A model generated the notes under the pieces. That model worked only from the letters and a program-made list of their open reading frames with translations, did no database searches and was not told the origin of the DNA. The translations under genes and the position numbers were made by a program. Source: Candidatus Latescibacterota bacterium (lineage in GTDB: Bacteria > Latescibacterota > UBA2968 > UBA8231). Taken from it: a stretch of DNA of 64,000 bases. Below are positions 9,635 to 19,700 of the stretch, in pieces (the stretch's first letter is position 1; every line of letters starts with the position of its first letter). The stretch spans positions 96,001 through 160,000 of the forward strand of contig OZ241889.1 of NCBI GenBank assembly GCA_965203355.1, given 5' to 3'.

Positions 9635-10471
9635 ATGGCGTTTGAACTCAACGCGCCGAGCAAGATAAAGAGCATAACGAGCGCGTATTCAGGCCCGCGT
9701 TTTCGCGACGGGCGGCCCAAAGTCGACGACGATGTCGTCGAGCGGATGGAGCGGGTGACCATTGAGGAAGCTTGGGGCGTGCTGATGGGCAAGGGGCATT
9801 CGTTTCAGTTTGAAGGCGACTGGATCAACCTGCATCCAAACCGCGTGCTAGTCGGCCGCGCGGTAACGGCCCGCTACATCCCGCACCGGCCCGACTTCGA
9901 CGACGTCGTACAGGCCGAAGGCGAGCGGCACGGTCGGATCGGCGGCCAGAATAGCTGGGTCATCGACACGTTGGTCGCCAACGACGTATTGGTCGTCGAT
10001 CTGTTCGGCAAGGTGCTGCGCGGAACCTTTATCGGCGACAACCTCGGCACGGCGATCGCAGCCAACACCGGCGGTACAGGCCTAGTCGTCGATGGCGGCA
10101 TCCGCGACGATCACCGCGTGCGCAAGCTGCCGATCAACGTACTCTGCAAGGGGTTGCATCCCTCGGCCATCGGCGAGGTGACCATGGCCGAGATCAACGG
10201 CCCGGTGCGGGTGGGTGAGGCGACCTGTATGCCGGGCGATGTCGTGCTGGGGACGCCCACGGGCGTGATTTTCGTGCCGCCGCAATATGCCCGCGAGGTC
10301 GTAGAGTCATCCGAAAACACCCGCCTGCGCGACTATTGGGGTAAGAAGAGCATTGCCGATGGCCGCTACACGCCCGGGGAAGTGGATCGCAAGTGGTCGC
10401 CTAAGATGGACAAAGAATTCGCCGAGTGGAAGAAAACGGCTGATACAGAGGCTATTTTCGCCGAATTATAA
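9635..10471 (+). CDS. RraA-like / HMG aldolase family protein
   Basis: GRAVT, VLVVD, GDNLGT, VVDGGIRD, PGDVVLG; AAGGAG RBS. Confidence 0.85.
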   Translation: MAFELNAPSKIKSITSAYSGPRFRDGRPKVDDDVVERMERVTIEEAWGVLMGKGHSFQFEGDWINLHPNRVLVGRAVTARYIPHRPDFDDVVQAEGERHGRIGGQNSWVIDTLVANDVLVVDLFGKVLRGTFIGDNLGTAIAANTGGTGLVVDGGIRDDHRVRKLPINVLCKGLHPSAIGEVTMAEINGPVRVGEATCMPGDVVLGTPTGVIFVPPQYAREVVESSENTRLRDYWGKKSIADGRYTPGEVDRKWSPKMDKEFAEWKKTADTEAIFAEL

Positions 10472-10498
10472 AGCATGGGCCGCGCGGCCCACCCGCTA

Positions 10499-11578
10499 CT
10501 AGCGCGCCAGCCAAGCACTAAAGCGCTCGTTCATCTCGTCCATGTTGTCGCTCCACCAGCGCCAGTCGTTGCGCAGGGCGCCCGCTGCATTGGCTGGATA
10601 CGTCGGCATGTGCGGGGCCATCTCCTCGCCGGTCTCGGCGTGAACCGAGATCAGCTCCATGCCCGAGCGACGCGCCGGCGCATAGGCGATGTGGCGGCCC
10701 ACGCCGGCCATGGACGACGGTCGCGCCGCAAAGGCGAGAAACTTGCGCGCCGCCGCCAAATTCGGTGCCCCCGCCGCGATGACGATCTGGCCCGTGTCCA
10801 GCACCTGACCGTCCCAGACGATGGTAAACGGCTGTTTTTCCAAGATCTGCGCGTTGAAGATGCGCCCGTTGTACGCGGTGGTCATCACCACTTCGCCATC
10901 GGCAAGCATCTGCGGCGGCTGCGCCCCGGCCTCCCACCAAACCACTTGATCCTTGATGGCATCGAGCTTGCGGAAGGCGCGATCGACTCCTTCGGGCGTG
11001 TCGAGCGTAGCGTACACCTCGTCCCGCGGCACTCCGTCGGCCATCAGGGCGAACTCCAAGTTGACGGCTGGTACGCGCCGCATCCCGCGCCGGCCCGGGA
11101 ACGTTTCAAGGTCGAAAAAATCGGCGATGGTCTCTGGTTTGCGCTCCCCAAAATGCTCTGCATGGTACGCATAAACAGTCGAGTAGAACAACGTGCCGAC
11201 GCCGCACTCGCCCATGGCTTCCGGGTAAAAGTCGTCCTCGGGCGATTCGCCATTCGGCCCAGGGGGCAGCTCAAAGTCCAGCACCTCGAGGAGGCCCTCG
11301 TCGCAGCCGGTCATGGCATCGGCGAGCTCCATGTCTATCACGTCCCAATACACGGACCCCGCATCCACTTGGGCGCGCAACTGAGCAAGGCCACCGTTGT
11401 AGTCCTCCAAGTTGACTTCAATGCCCGTCTCTTTCGTGAATGCCTCGTGATAGCCTTTGACGCAGGCGCGCGCATACGAGCCGCCCCAAGACACCACGGT
11501 CAGGGATTCCGCAACGGCCACCTCACACCATATCAGCGCGGCCAATGCACCCGCCGCAATTAGTCTAGTTGTATTCAT
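10499..11578 (-). CDS. ABC transporter substrate-binding protein (PotD/PotF-like), without adjacent permeases
   Basis: Signal peptide; VSWGGSY, WDVID, FPGRRG, LEFALMADGV, YNGR. Confidence 0.88.
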   Translation of the reverse strand: MNTTRLIAAGALAALIWCEVAVAESLTVVSWGGSYARACVKGYHEAFTKETGIEVNLEDYNGGLAQLRAQVDAGSVYWDVIDMELADAMTGCDEGLLEVLDFELPPGPNGESPEDDFYPEAMGECGVGTLFYSTVYAYHAEHFGERKPETIADFFDLETFPGRRGMRRVPAVNLEFALMADGVPRDEVYATLDTPEGVDRAFRKLDAIKDQVVWWEAGAQPPQMLADGEVVMTTAYNGRIFNAQILEKQPFTIVWDGQVLDTGQIVIAAGAPNLAAARKFLAFAARPSSMAGVGRHIAYAPARRSGMELISVHAETGEEMAPHMPTYPANAAGALRNDWRWWSDNMDEMNERFSAWLAR

Positions 11579-11582
11579 ATGC

Positions 11583-12218
11583 TTACTTATTGGGCTGCGG
11601 CGTGACGCGCAAATAGGGCTTAACCGCGGTGAAGCCCCGGGGGAATTTCTCGCTAGCTTCCGCGTCCGACAGGGCCGGCACCACGATGCAGTCGTCGCCG
11701 TCTTGCCAGTTGGCTGGCGTAGCGACCGAGTAATTGGCCGTCAGTTGCAGCGAGTCAATCACGCGCAAAATTTCGTCGAAATTGCGGCCAGTCGAGGCCG
11801 GGTAAGTCAGCGTCAGCTTGACCTTTTTGTCCGGGCCGATGACAAAAACCGAGCGCACGGTCATATTGTCGAGCGCGTTGGGATGGATCATGTCGTAGAG
11901 CGCGGCGACCTTGCGCTCGGGATCGGCGATCAGCGGGAAATCGACCTGGGCGTTTTGGGTCTCGTTGATGTCGGCGATCCAGCCCTCGTGATCGTCAACC
12001 GAGTTGACGCTCAAGGCGATGATCTTGACGCCGCGCTTTTTGAACTCCTCTTCGATGTTGGCTACGGCCCCCAACTCCGTGGTGCAGACCGGAGTAAAGT
12101 CGGCGGGGTGGGAGAAGAGCACGCCCCAAGAGTCGCCGAGCCATTCGTGAAAGTTGATCGGGCCTGCGGTGGTTTCCGCACTGAAATCCGGGGCTTCGTC
12201 CCCGAGTCGGACAGCCAT
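11583..12218 (-). CDS. 1-Cys peroxiredoxin (Prx6)
   Basis: FSHPADFTPVCTTE, YPASTGRNFDEILR; AGGAGA RBS. Confidence 0.95.
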   Translation of the reverse strand: MAVRLGDEAPDFSAETTAGPINFHEWLGDSWGVLFSHPADFTPVCTTELGAVANIEEEFKKRGVKIIALSVNSVDDHEGWIADINETQNAQVDFPLIADPERKVAALYDMIHPNALDNMTVRSVFVIGPDKKVKLTLTYPASTGRNFDEILRVIDSLQLTANYSVATPANWQDGDDCIVVPALSDAEASEKFPRGFTAVKPYLRVTPQPNK

Positions 12219-12295
12219 GATGGTTCTCCTTTTTGCTGCTCGTGAAAGGGTTGGCAAACAAACACGTTAGAATATCAAGATACGCCTAGCGGTCG

Positions 12296-13123
12296 TCAAT
12301 TGGTCCCCAACAGTCCCTTGAGATAGCGGGCACTGGCGCGGACCGCCGCTTCCGTGCCCAGATCGGCCGAGGCCTGATGCACCGTTACATAGCCCTCGTA
12401 GCCGATCGCACGGAGCGCGTCAATCAGCGGCGAGAAGCGAATGCCCCCTTCTTCCCACAAGGGAATCTGGCGAAATCGCACCTCGCCGCGGCACCGCGTA
12501 TTGAGCGCGTCTGGACCATCGGCGGTCAAGACCTGATTTTGCAGATACACATTGAATAGATGCGGCGCCAAGCGGCGGATGGTACCCAGCCCATACGGCT
12601 GGCCGCACAGCTCGAGGTTAGCCGGTTCGTAGATCAGCCCGAAATTGGCGCGGCCAATGCTCGCCAAAACTTGCAGCGAGCGGTCGACCTCCTCAAAGAG
12701 ACTGCGCGTGTGGCATTGGTGCGCGAGGCGCAGGTCGCGTTCGGCGGCTTCGTCGGCCGCCCGGCGCGCCCAAGCGATGTCTTCGTCTGTCTTTAGGCAG
12801 ACGCGCAACAGCGGCGCACCGAGTTGTTCGGCAAGATCGAGATAGGGCGTTATATTGCGGAGGGCATCCGGCCCGTGGTCGGAGTTTTCCGGGATGGGGA
12901 AGTCGCCGGTGAGCATGGAGACGGCCAACGAGTAGCGGTCGAGCAGGGCACGCGCCGTGGCGACCGTCTCTGGCGGACTGTGGACGCCCACTTGCGAGGC
13001 GCGCATACATAGCCCGCTATACCCGTGGCAGGTGGCCAAGGCGGCCAATTGCTCAAGCGTCATATTAGCTTCGCGCTTAGCGTGAAATTTTTCGGCCACG
13101 CGGACCGAGAGCGAGAGTTTCAT
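12296..13123 (-). CDS. Sugar phosphate isomerase/epimerase (xylose-isomerase-like TIM barrel)
   Basis: LAEQLGAPLLRV, NFGLIYEPANL, LRAIGYEGYVTVH; the metal ligands are partly atypical. Confidence 0.75.
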   Translation of the reverse strand: MKLSLSVRVAEKFHAKREANMTLEQLAALATCHGYSGLCMRASQVGVHSPPETVATARALLDRYSLAVSMLTGDFPIPENSDHGPDALRNITPYLDLAEQLGAPLLRVCLKTDEDIAWARRAADEAAERDLRLAHQCHTRSLFEEVDRSLQVLASIGRANFGLIYEPANLELCGQPYGLGTIRRLAPHLFNVYLQNQVLTADGPDALNTRCRGEVRFRQIPLWEEGGIRFSPLIDALRAIGYEGYVTVHQASADLGTEAAVRASARYLKGLLGTN

Positions 13124-13183
13124 GGGCTCCTCGCGGTTAAGAGTTGTCGAGCCTAATTTGCACAAAGAAAGGATGGTGAACGA

Positions 13184-14044
13184 ATGAGAACAACATGCGC
13201 CACATGGATTGCAGTTGCCGCCAGTTTGATGGCCGCTCCAACGCAAGCTTGGTGGGGGGATGGGCATGGGATTCTGACCGCGGGAGCGGTGCTAGCCCTG
13301 CCGGAGGAAATGCCGGCGTTCTTTCGGCAAGGAGGCAACATCGCCAGTCACGTGGTCTTCGACCCCGATCTGTTTAAGAATCGCCGCGCTCCCTTGCTGA
13401 GCCACGCCGAGCACGGAGAGCACTATTTCGATCTAGAGTACCTTGAGGGACGGGCGATTCCGGCGAAGCGCTTTGACTTCATCGCCTTGTGTTTCGCGCT
13501 ACAACTGGACCCGACCAAGGTCGGATTGGCCCCCTACGCCATCGCCGAATGGACCGAGCGGCTCGCCGTGGCCTTTGCCGAGCAGCGCCAGTGGCCGGAG
13601 AACGCGGCGATTCAACAGAAGTGCCTCGTCTATGCGGGCCTCCTCGCCCACTATGCCGAAGACATCTGCCAGCCCCTACACGCGACCCGGAATTTCGACG
13701 GCAAGCCGCAGCAGGACGGCGCGGTTGTCGGCAAGGGCATCCACGAACAGGTGGATTCATCGGTGGAGCGGCTCGGCTTTGCGCCCGAGGATCTGGCAGC
13801 CGAGCAGGACATTGTAGTCTTTGACTCGCTGACGAAAGCCATCGCCGACCAAGTCAGAGCGAGCAACTGGCGGGTGGAAGAGGTGTACGCGCTGTGGGGC
13901 CACTGGGAAGACGAGAGCGACGCCCGCGTACGCGCCTTGGCCCTAGAACTGGCCCGCACCTCAGTGCGCTTTACGGCCTCGCTCTACCTGACAGCTTGGC
14001 AGCAGTCGGCTGAAATTAGCTTGCCGAGTTGGTTGGAGAGGTGA
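13184..14044 (+). CDS. Secreted zinc-dependent S1/P1 nuclease / phospholipase C-like protein
   Basis: Signal peptide then WWGDGH; PD, HYFD, HYAEDICQPLH, GIHE zinc-binding motifs. Confidence 0.8.
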   Translation: MRTTCATWIAVAASLMAAPTQAWWGDGHGILTAGAVLALPEEMPAFFRQGGNIASHVVFDPDLFKNRRAPLLSHAEHGEHYFDLEYLEGRAIPAKRFDFIALCFALQLDPTKVGLAPYAIAEWTERLAVAFAEQRQWPENAAIQQKCLVYAGLLAHYAEDICQPLHATRNFDGKPQQDGAVVGKGIHEQVDSSVERLGFAPEDLAAEQDIVVFDSLTKAIADQVRASNWRVEEVYALWGHWEDESDARVRALALELARTSVRFTASLYLTAWQQSAEISLPSWLER

Positions 14045-14083
14045 GCGCGGCTGGTATGGCATAACAAGCTACGACGCCGGCGG

Positions 14084-14111
14084 ACTACCGATAATCATTT
14101 TTATTGGGAGT
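14084..14111. other. dif-like tyrosine-recombinase site (11-6-11)
   Basis: ACTACCGATAA-TCATTT-TTATTGGGAGT; the arms are inverted repeats matching at 9/11 positions, with inner ATAA/TTAT as in Xer sites. Confidence 0.5.
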
Positions 14112-14176
14112 ATAACAACCCTATTGACAACAGGCTTGACAAGGATACGCGGACTTTGGATATAAGGGAGTTTTCA

Positions 14177-14459
14177 ATGAGTGTTGAACGAGATGCTTTA
14201 GGCCGCCGCAAAGCCCGGCGCCCCGTGCGCTATACCCCGCAGATAGCCGTTGGGCTGGACGCCGACGCCCGCGCCCGCGTGGAAGCACTGAAGGTATTCC
14301 CATCGACGACACGACTTGGGGCCCGACGCCCGCGCCCGCGTGGAAGCACTGGCCGACCGCTGCGAGCTGTCTATCGCCGAGGTGGTGCGCCGTTGTGTGG
14401 CTTCGGGCTTGCCGCGCCTTGAGGCCGCCCAGCGCAAGACAAAGGAAGGGGTGCTATGA
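14177..14459 (+). pseudogene. Ribbon-helix-helix (CopG-like) regulator disrupted by a 61-bp insertion/duplication
   Basis: Removing one 61-bp unit restores ...QIAVGLDADARARVEALADRCELSIAEVVRRCVASGL...KEGVL*; AAGGGAG RBS. Confidence 0.7.
14262..14351. repeat. 29-bp perfect direct repeat flanking a 32-bp unique spacer
   Basis: CCGACGCCCGCGCCCGCGTGGAAGCACTG at 14262-14290 and 14323-14351. Confidence 0.95.
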
Positions 14460-14544
14460 GCGACCAGACCTCGACGAGGTTTAAGGCCCGGCCGAACGCT
14501 CCGACCCTTGCCATCCCTGTAGCGGCCGAACTCTTCGAGCCGTA

Positions 14545-15171
14545 TTAACAATCCCTAATTTTGACGGCGACGTTGCGGCAATGAGGCCGAGGCAACCCCC
14601 CGGAAGTGCGAAGTTCCGGGTCTTTGTCCTTCGGTGATCGATCATATCCCTGCCAGCGGCTGGGCACCGGACGCCGGGTCGGCGGTCTCCCATTGGGAAA
14701 GCGGTTTTTCAACCGCGCCTTCATTTCCTTGATGTACTGTCTTTGCTCGCGAGGACTTCGCCTGCTATTCGATCTACCTCCACCTTGCTTTGCCGCAGTA
14801 AGTCGATTTCGGATCGCGTCAACATCCGGGGAGCGGGCGAGGTACCGAGCCTCCGACTGAGTAAGGCAATCGAATGCGTGGCCGAAGTGTTCTTTCCACC
14901 ACTGCTCAAAGTCTGCTCCGTGCTTTTGTCGGAGTTCATGTAGTTGCTCCTGTGAAGGGTTTAGTTTAGCGGAGTAGGGTTTGCCCGTCAGCGCAATGGC
15001 CCCGATGACCTCACCGCCCTGTTTTTCTATCCAACCGCGCAGGTTGGCCAACGTACCGCCTTGGCCGACGAAATCATCCACCATCACATACTCGCGACCA
15101 GCCTCAATGGAGCCATCAAAGCAAGCCTGACGAGCCAGGCGACCATAGCCGTCCGCGCCCGTGTGGGAGAC
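14545..15171 (-). pseudogene. 5'-truncated phosphoribosyltransferase-domain gene of mobile-element type
   Basis: PRPP-binding motif YVMVDDFVGQGGTL; the N-terminus is replaced by a cusA-derived fragment at 15172. Confidence 0.65.
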
Positions 15172-15214
15172 TCGGCAGCATGAGATCGGCACCGCGCCCA
15201 CGCGCCGTCAGCAC
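15172..15214. repeat. 43-bp copy of an internal cusA segment (16836-16878)
   Basis: 41/43 identical by direct comparison. Confidence 0.92.
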
Positions 15215-16620
15215 GGAGCGTCCCTGCGTCTGCGCCAAACTCTTATGGAGCACCTTGCACTCAATAGCGATCTTTCGCGTACGCACGCCCTGCGGCCACG
15301 CGATCAGCAAGTCTGTGCGCTGCCGACCCAAGCCGTATTCGCGCTCAATGCGCCCGCCGCTGTTGACGATGCGCTGCAAAAACGCCTGCAACAGAAGCTG
15401 TGGACCCGCCTCCTTGTACTGGAATCGTTCGACCCAGTGCTCCGAATGCTCGCGGAAAAACGACTGAAACGCCGACAGCAACTTGCCCACATCCAACCCA
15501 CCATCAGCATCCACATACCACGCCGTTTCTTCCTCGAACTCACCTTGCACCACCCACGTCAGTTCGCGCGGCACCACCTCGGCGTAGATCGGATTGGCAA
15601 TGCGATACGGCAGGTCTTGGGCAAGTAGCCCCAGGTCGCGCGCGTACTCGATGTCGCGGTCGGTAAAACGGCGTCCCTCGCCACCGCTCAAAAGCGGCTC
15701 CACCACGCGCCGTACGCTGTCTTCCCGTAGCTTGTCGGCCAACTGGTCGAGGTGTATTTCTCGGCGCAGAATGAGTCGCTCCTGCGCTTGGCGGATCGCG
15801 TCGATAGTGATCGGGCGACCCCAAGCCGCGTCAGCACCGTCTCGGAAACAGGTTTCGTCGGCCAGCGCGTTGACCAGCCACGGTTGCCCTTGCGTCTGCG
15901 TCCAAATTGCGTCCAGCACTTCGGGCAAGAACACCTGTCCCGTCTCCTCAGTGTGCTGGGCCAACAGCGCACACACTTCCTCCCGCGAGAAGTCGCCCAA
16001 GCGCAACGAGCGCGCCTTGATGTTGAACGCACTGCCGCCATCAATGATCGCATTGGCCGAGCGGGAGTGAATGCGCGCACCCCGCACAGCACCACACTCT
16101 GCGGAAAACCTGCCGGACGCAGATCGTAGCCGATGCACAACTGCCGCAGCACCGATAACAGCGAATCGCCCATCAGCGCGTCAATCTCGTCAATGAGCAG
16201 CACCAACGGTTTGGGATCAACCTGCGCCCAGCGCGTCAACGCCACTTGCAAAGCAGCATGCGGCCCGAACTCGGAGAGGATACTCGACCAGACCGCAATT
16301 AAAAACTCGTCGCCCAGCGTCAAATTCGTCCGCAGTGCCAAAGAACCCAGAATAGTGCGCATGACCGGTCCGACCTCTTCGCGGCCGGCCTGCCCACCTT
16401 CCACATTGACATACACGCAGCGATAATAGCCTTCGGCATTGAGCAGCTCGCACAGCGCTAACAGTGCCGAGGTTTTGCCCGTCTGCCGAGGTGCGTGCAA
16501 GACGAAGTACTTCTCGTCCCGGACCAACCGGAGCACCTCGGCCATATCCAAGCGTTCCAACGGCGAGATGCAGTAATGCCTTTCGAGCTTGATGGGGCCG
16601 CTTGTGTTAAAAAAGCGCAT
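15215..16620 (-). pseudogene. AAA-family ATPase with C-terminal PD-(D/E)XK-like domain; frameshifted and truncated
   Basis: APRQTGKT and LLIDEID in one frame; GGSAFNIK...REYGLGRQRTDL...IECK in another; shift near 16074 (LCGVR|RIHS); C-terminus lost. Confidence 0.85.
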
Positions 16621-16713
16621 GACGCAAGCATCCTCTCTTTAAGCGGATCCGCTTGTCCACAGGTATCAGGATTGATATTAATGAACACAAGTTATCTACC
16701 AGCAGACAGATCG

Positions 16714-19700
16714 TCACGCTACTGACCGCCAAGCCGCCACCCGCAGCTTCCACTCCTCAACCGCGCAGTAAATCACCGGCACCACCGGCGCGGTCAGCAC
16801 CACCGCCATCATGCCGCCGAAGGTGGGAATGGCCATCGGCAGCATGAGATCGGCACCGCGCCCACTCGCCGTCAACACCGGGATCAGCGCCAAAATCGTG
16901 GTGGCCGCGGTCATCAGGCAGGGGCGGATGCGCCGCACCCCAGCAGCGAGCGCAGCATGGCGCATCGCTTCGACGGTCGCTGGCTGTTGCGCGCGAAAGA
17001 CTTGGCGCAAGTACGTCGCTACGATCACGCCGTTGTCCGAGGCAATGCCAAACAGCGCGAGAAACCCCACCCACACCGCCACACTCAAGTTCAGCGGACG
17101 GACGTGAAAGAGATCGCGCATCGGTGTGCCAAAGACGGAGAAGTCCAAAAACCATTCCTGCCCGTAGAGCCACAGCATGGCAAAGCCACCGGCCCAAGCC
17201 ACCGCCACCCCGGAAAAGACCATCAGGGCCGTGGCGGCGTTGCCAAACTGGAAATAGAGGATGAGGAAAATCGCGGCCAGCGCGAGCGGCAGCAGCACGT
17301 TGAGCTTTTTCTGCGCGCGCAGTTGGTTTTCGTAGCGGCCGGCGAAAGTGTAGCTGACGCCGTCCTCCAGCACCAAATCGCCGCTGGCCCTTTTGCTGGC
17401 CAAATGCGCTCGGCAGGCTTCCACCACATCGACTTCCGCGTATCCCGGCTTCTTGTCGAAAAGCACGTAGCCTAGCAAAAACGCATCCTCGCTTTTGATG
17501 ACTTGAGGGCCGCGCACGTAGCGAATCTCGGCCAGCTCGCCCAAGGGAATCTGCGCCCCGTCCGGCGCGGGCACCAAAATCCGCACCAGTTCCTCGACGC
17601 TGTCGCGCAACTCGCGCATGTAGCGCACCCGCACGGGATAGCGCGTGCGCCCTTCCACTGTGGTCGTAACCTGCTTACCGCCGATAGCGATCTCAATTAC
17701 GTCCTGCACCTTCTGCAGGGCGATGCCGTGGCGGGCAATGGCCTCGCGGGCAATGTGGATCTCCAAGTAGGGCTTGCCGACGATGCGGTCGGCGTTGACG
17801 GTCGCCGACTCGACCGAGGGCACTTCCTTGAGCAAGCGCTCTATCTCCAAGCCGGTACGCTCAATGGCCTCTAAACTCGGGCCTTTGATCTCAACGCCCA
17901 TGGGGGCGCGCATCCCACTCTGCAACATGACGAGCCGCGCGGCAATCGGCTGCAATTTCGGGGCCGACGTAGAGCCGGGAATCTGGCCGGCCCGCGCGAT
18001 CTCCGCCCATATATCGTCGGGGCGCCGTATCCCCGGCCAAGCGACGCGCCCGGAATTGAGCGCGGGGTCCAAGGGCGGACGCCACAAGCGAAAAGGCCGG
18101 CCACCGGCGTCGGGCACGAGACGGCCAGCCCGGTCGCGCCGATAGCGGCCCGGCACTTCGTAGGGCGAGCCATCGGGCGCTGGCGCGGGCGTACCATCGG
18201 AGGTGCGGAACAGGTCCGTGGCCTGCTCGTCAAAAGCGAACAAGAGGCGGCGACCATCGGCGTCGGTCAGGTATTCCGCGCGATAATTGATCACAGTCTC
18301 AATCATGGAAATCGGCGCCGGGTCCAGCGGCGATTCCGCCCGTCCCAGTTTCCCCACCGCGGACTCCACTTCGGGTATTTGCGCTATGGCCGCGTTTTGC
18401 TTCTGCAGGACGTCGAGCACCTCGCCGATGGAGGCGTGGGGCATGGTCGTAGGCATCCACAGAAACGAACCTTCGTCGAGAGGCGGCATAAACTCTTGGC
18501 CCAACCCGGGCAGAGCCTCGGCGAGGGCGACAAAGGGCACTGAATGGCGCAGAGCGGGCGGCACAAAGCCGAAGACGCGGGCAAAACCCAGCCACGCAGA
18601 CGCGCCCGCCAGCAGCAGCAATAGCGGGAAAAGCAGGGCCAAGCCCTTGTGATCCAAGCACCACCCGAGCACGCGAGGGAATGCGCCTTGCAAGACGCGA
18701 AAAAGCGCCAGCAGGCCACCGATCAATCCAGCGGCGAAGATAAAATTGCGCCATCCGCCCTTTTCCGGGCCAAGGGGCAACCAATGTGCCGCGAGCACCA
18801 CTACAACCCCGACAGCCGCAGCGGCCACCGCACCCCGCGCTACCCACAAGCGCACTCGCTCCGGTACGCGCGCGGCGAGCAAGTGATACGTCCCAATAGC
18901 TATCAGTAGCAGGCCGATCCACCACGACAGCGCGATCCCCACCCCAAGGCCGCAAGCCGCCCAAAGGCCGGGTGCCCAACGCCCCAGTCGCGCACCAAAC
19001 GCGCAGTGCGCCAAGGCCGGCAAAGCCGTCAGCGACAGCCACACAGCGGCCAACAGCGCAAAGGTTTTGGTAAAGGCCAGCGGCGCGAAGAGTTTGCCCT
19101 CGGCCCCTTCCATGGCAAAGACCGGCAAAAAGCCCACCACGGTGGTGAGCACAGCCGTCAGCACGGCACCGCCGACCTCGTGCGTGGCGCGGCCGACTAC
19201 GGCTAGGCGGTCGTCCTCTGCGTCGGCATCCTCTAAGTGCTTGAGGATGTTCTCGCTGATGACGATGCCCATATCGACCATGGTGCCGATGGCAATGGCA
19301 ATACCGGAGAGGGCGACTATGTTGGCGTCTATGCCAAAGACCTTCATGGCGGCAAAGCAGGCGAGCACAGCCAACGGTAACAGCCCGGAGACCAGCATGG
19401 CTCCACGCAGGTTCATCACCAGGGCCAGCACCACGATCACCGTTACCAGCACTTCCTCGCTCAAGGCGCGTTCCAGCGTCCCCAGCGTCTCTTCGATCAA
19501 GCCAGATCGGTCGTAAAAAGGGATTATCTGCACTTGGCTGACTCGCCCGTCAGGCAGAGTTTTCGCGGGCAGGCTCGGGGCTATTTCGGCGATTTTGGCC
19601 TTGACGCTTTCAATGGTGGCTAGGGGATTGGCACCATAGCGCGCCACCACCACGCCGCCGACCACCTCCGCCCCTTCCTTGTCCAACGCGCCGCGCCGCA

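Noticed and set aside
10475-11563. Long antisense ORFs (also 53774-54889, 36609-37604, 7041-7853)
   Set aside because: Shadow frames of high-GC genes with clear motifs on the opposite strand
14262-14351. Calling this a canonical CRISPR array
   Set aside because: Only two repeats, no cas genes in the window, and the repeat is ordinary coding sequence of the RHH gene; reported as a possible off-target integration instead
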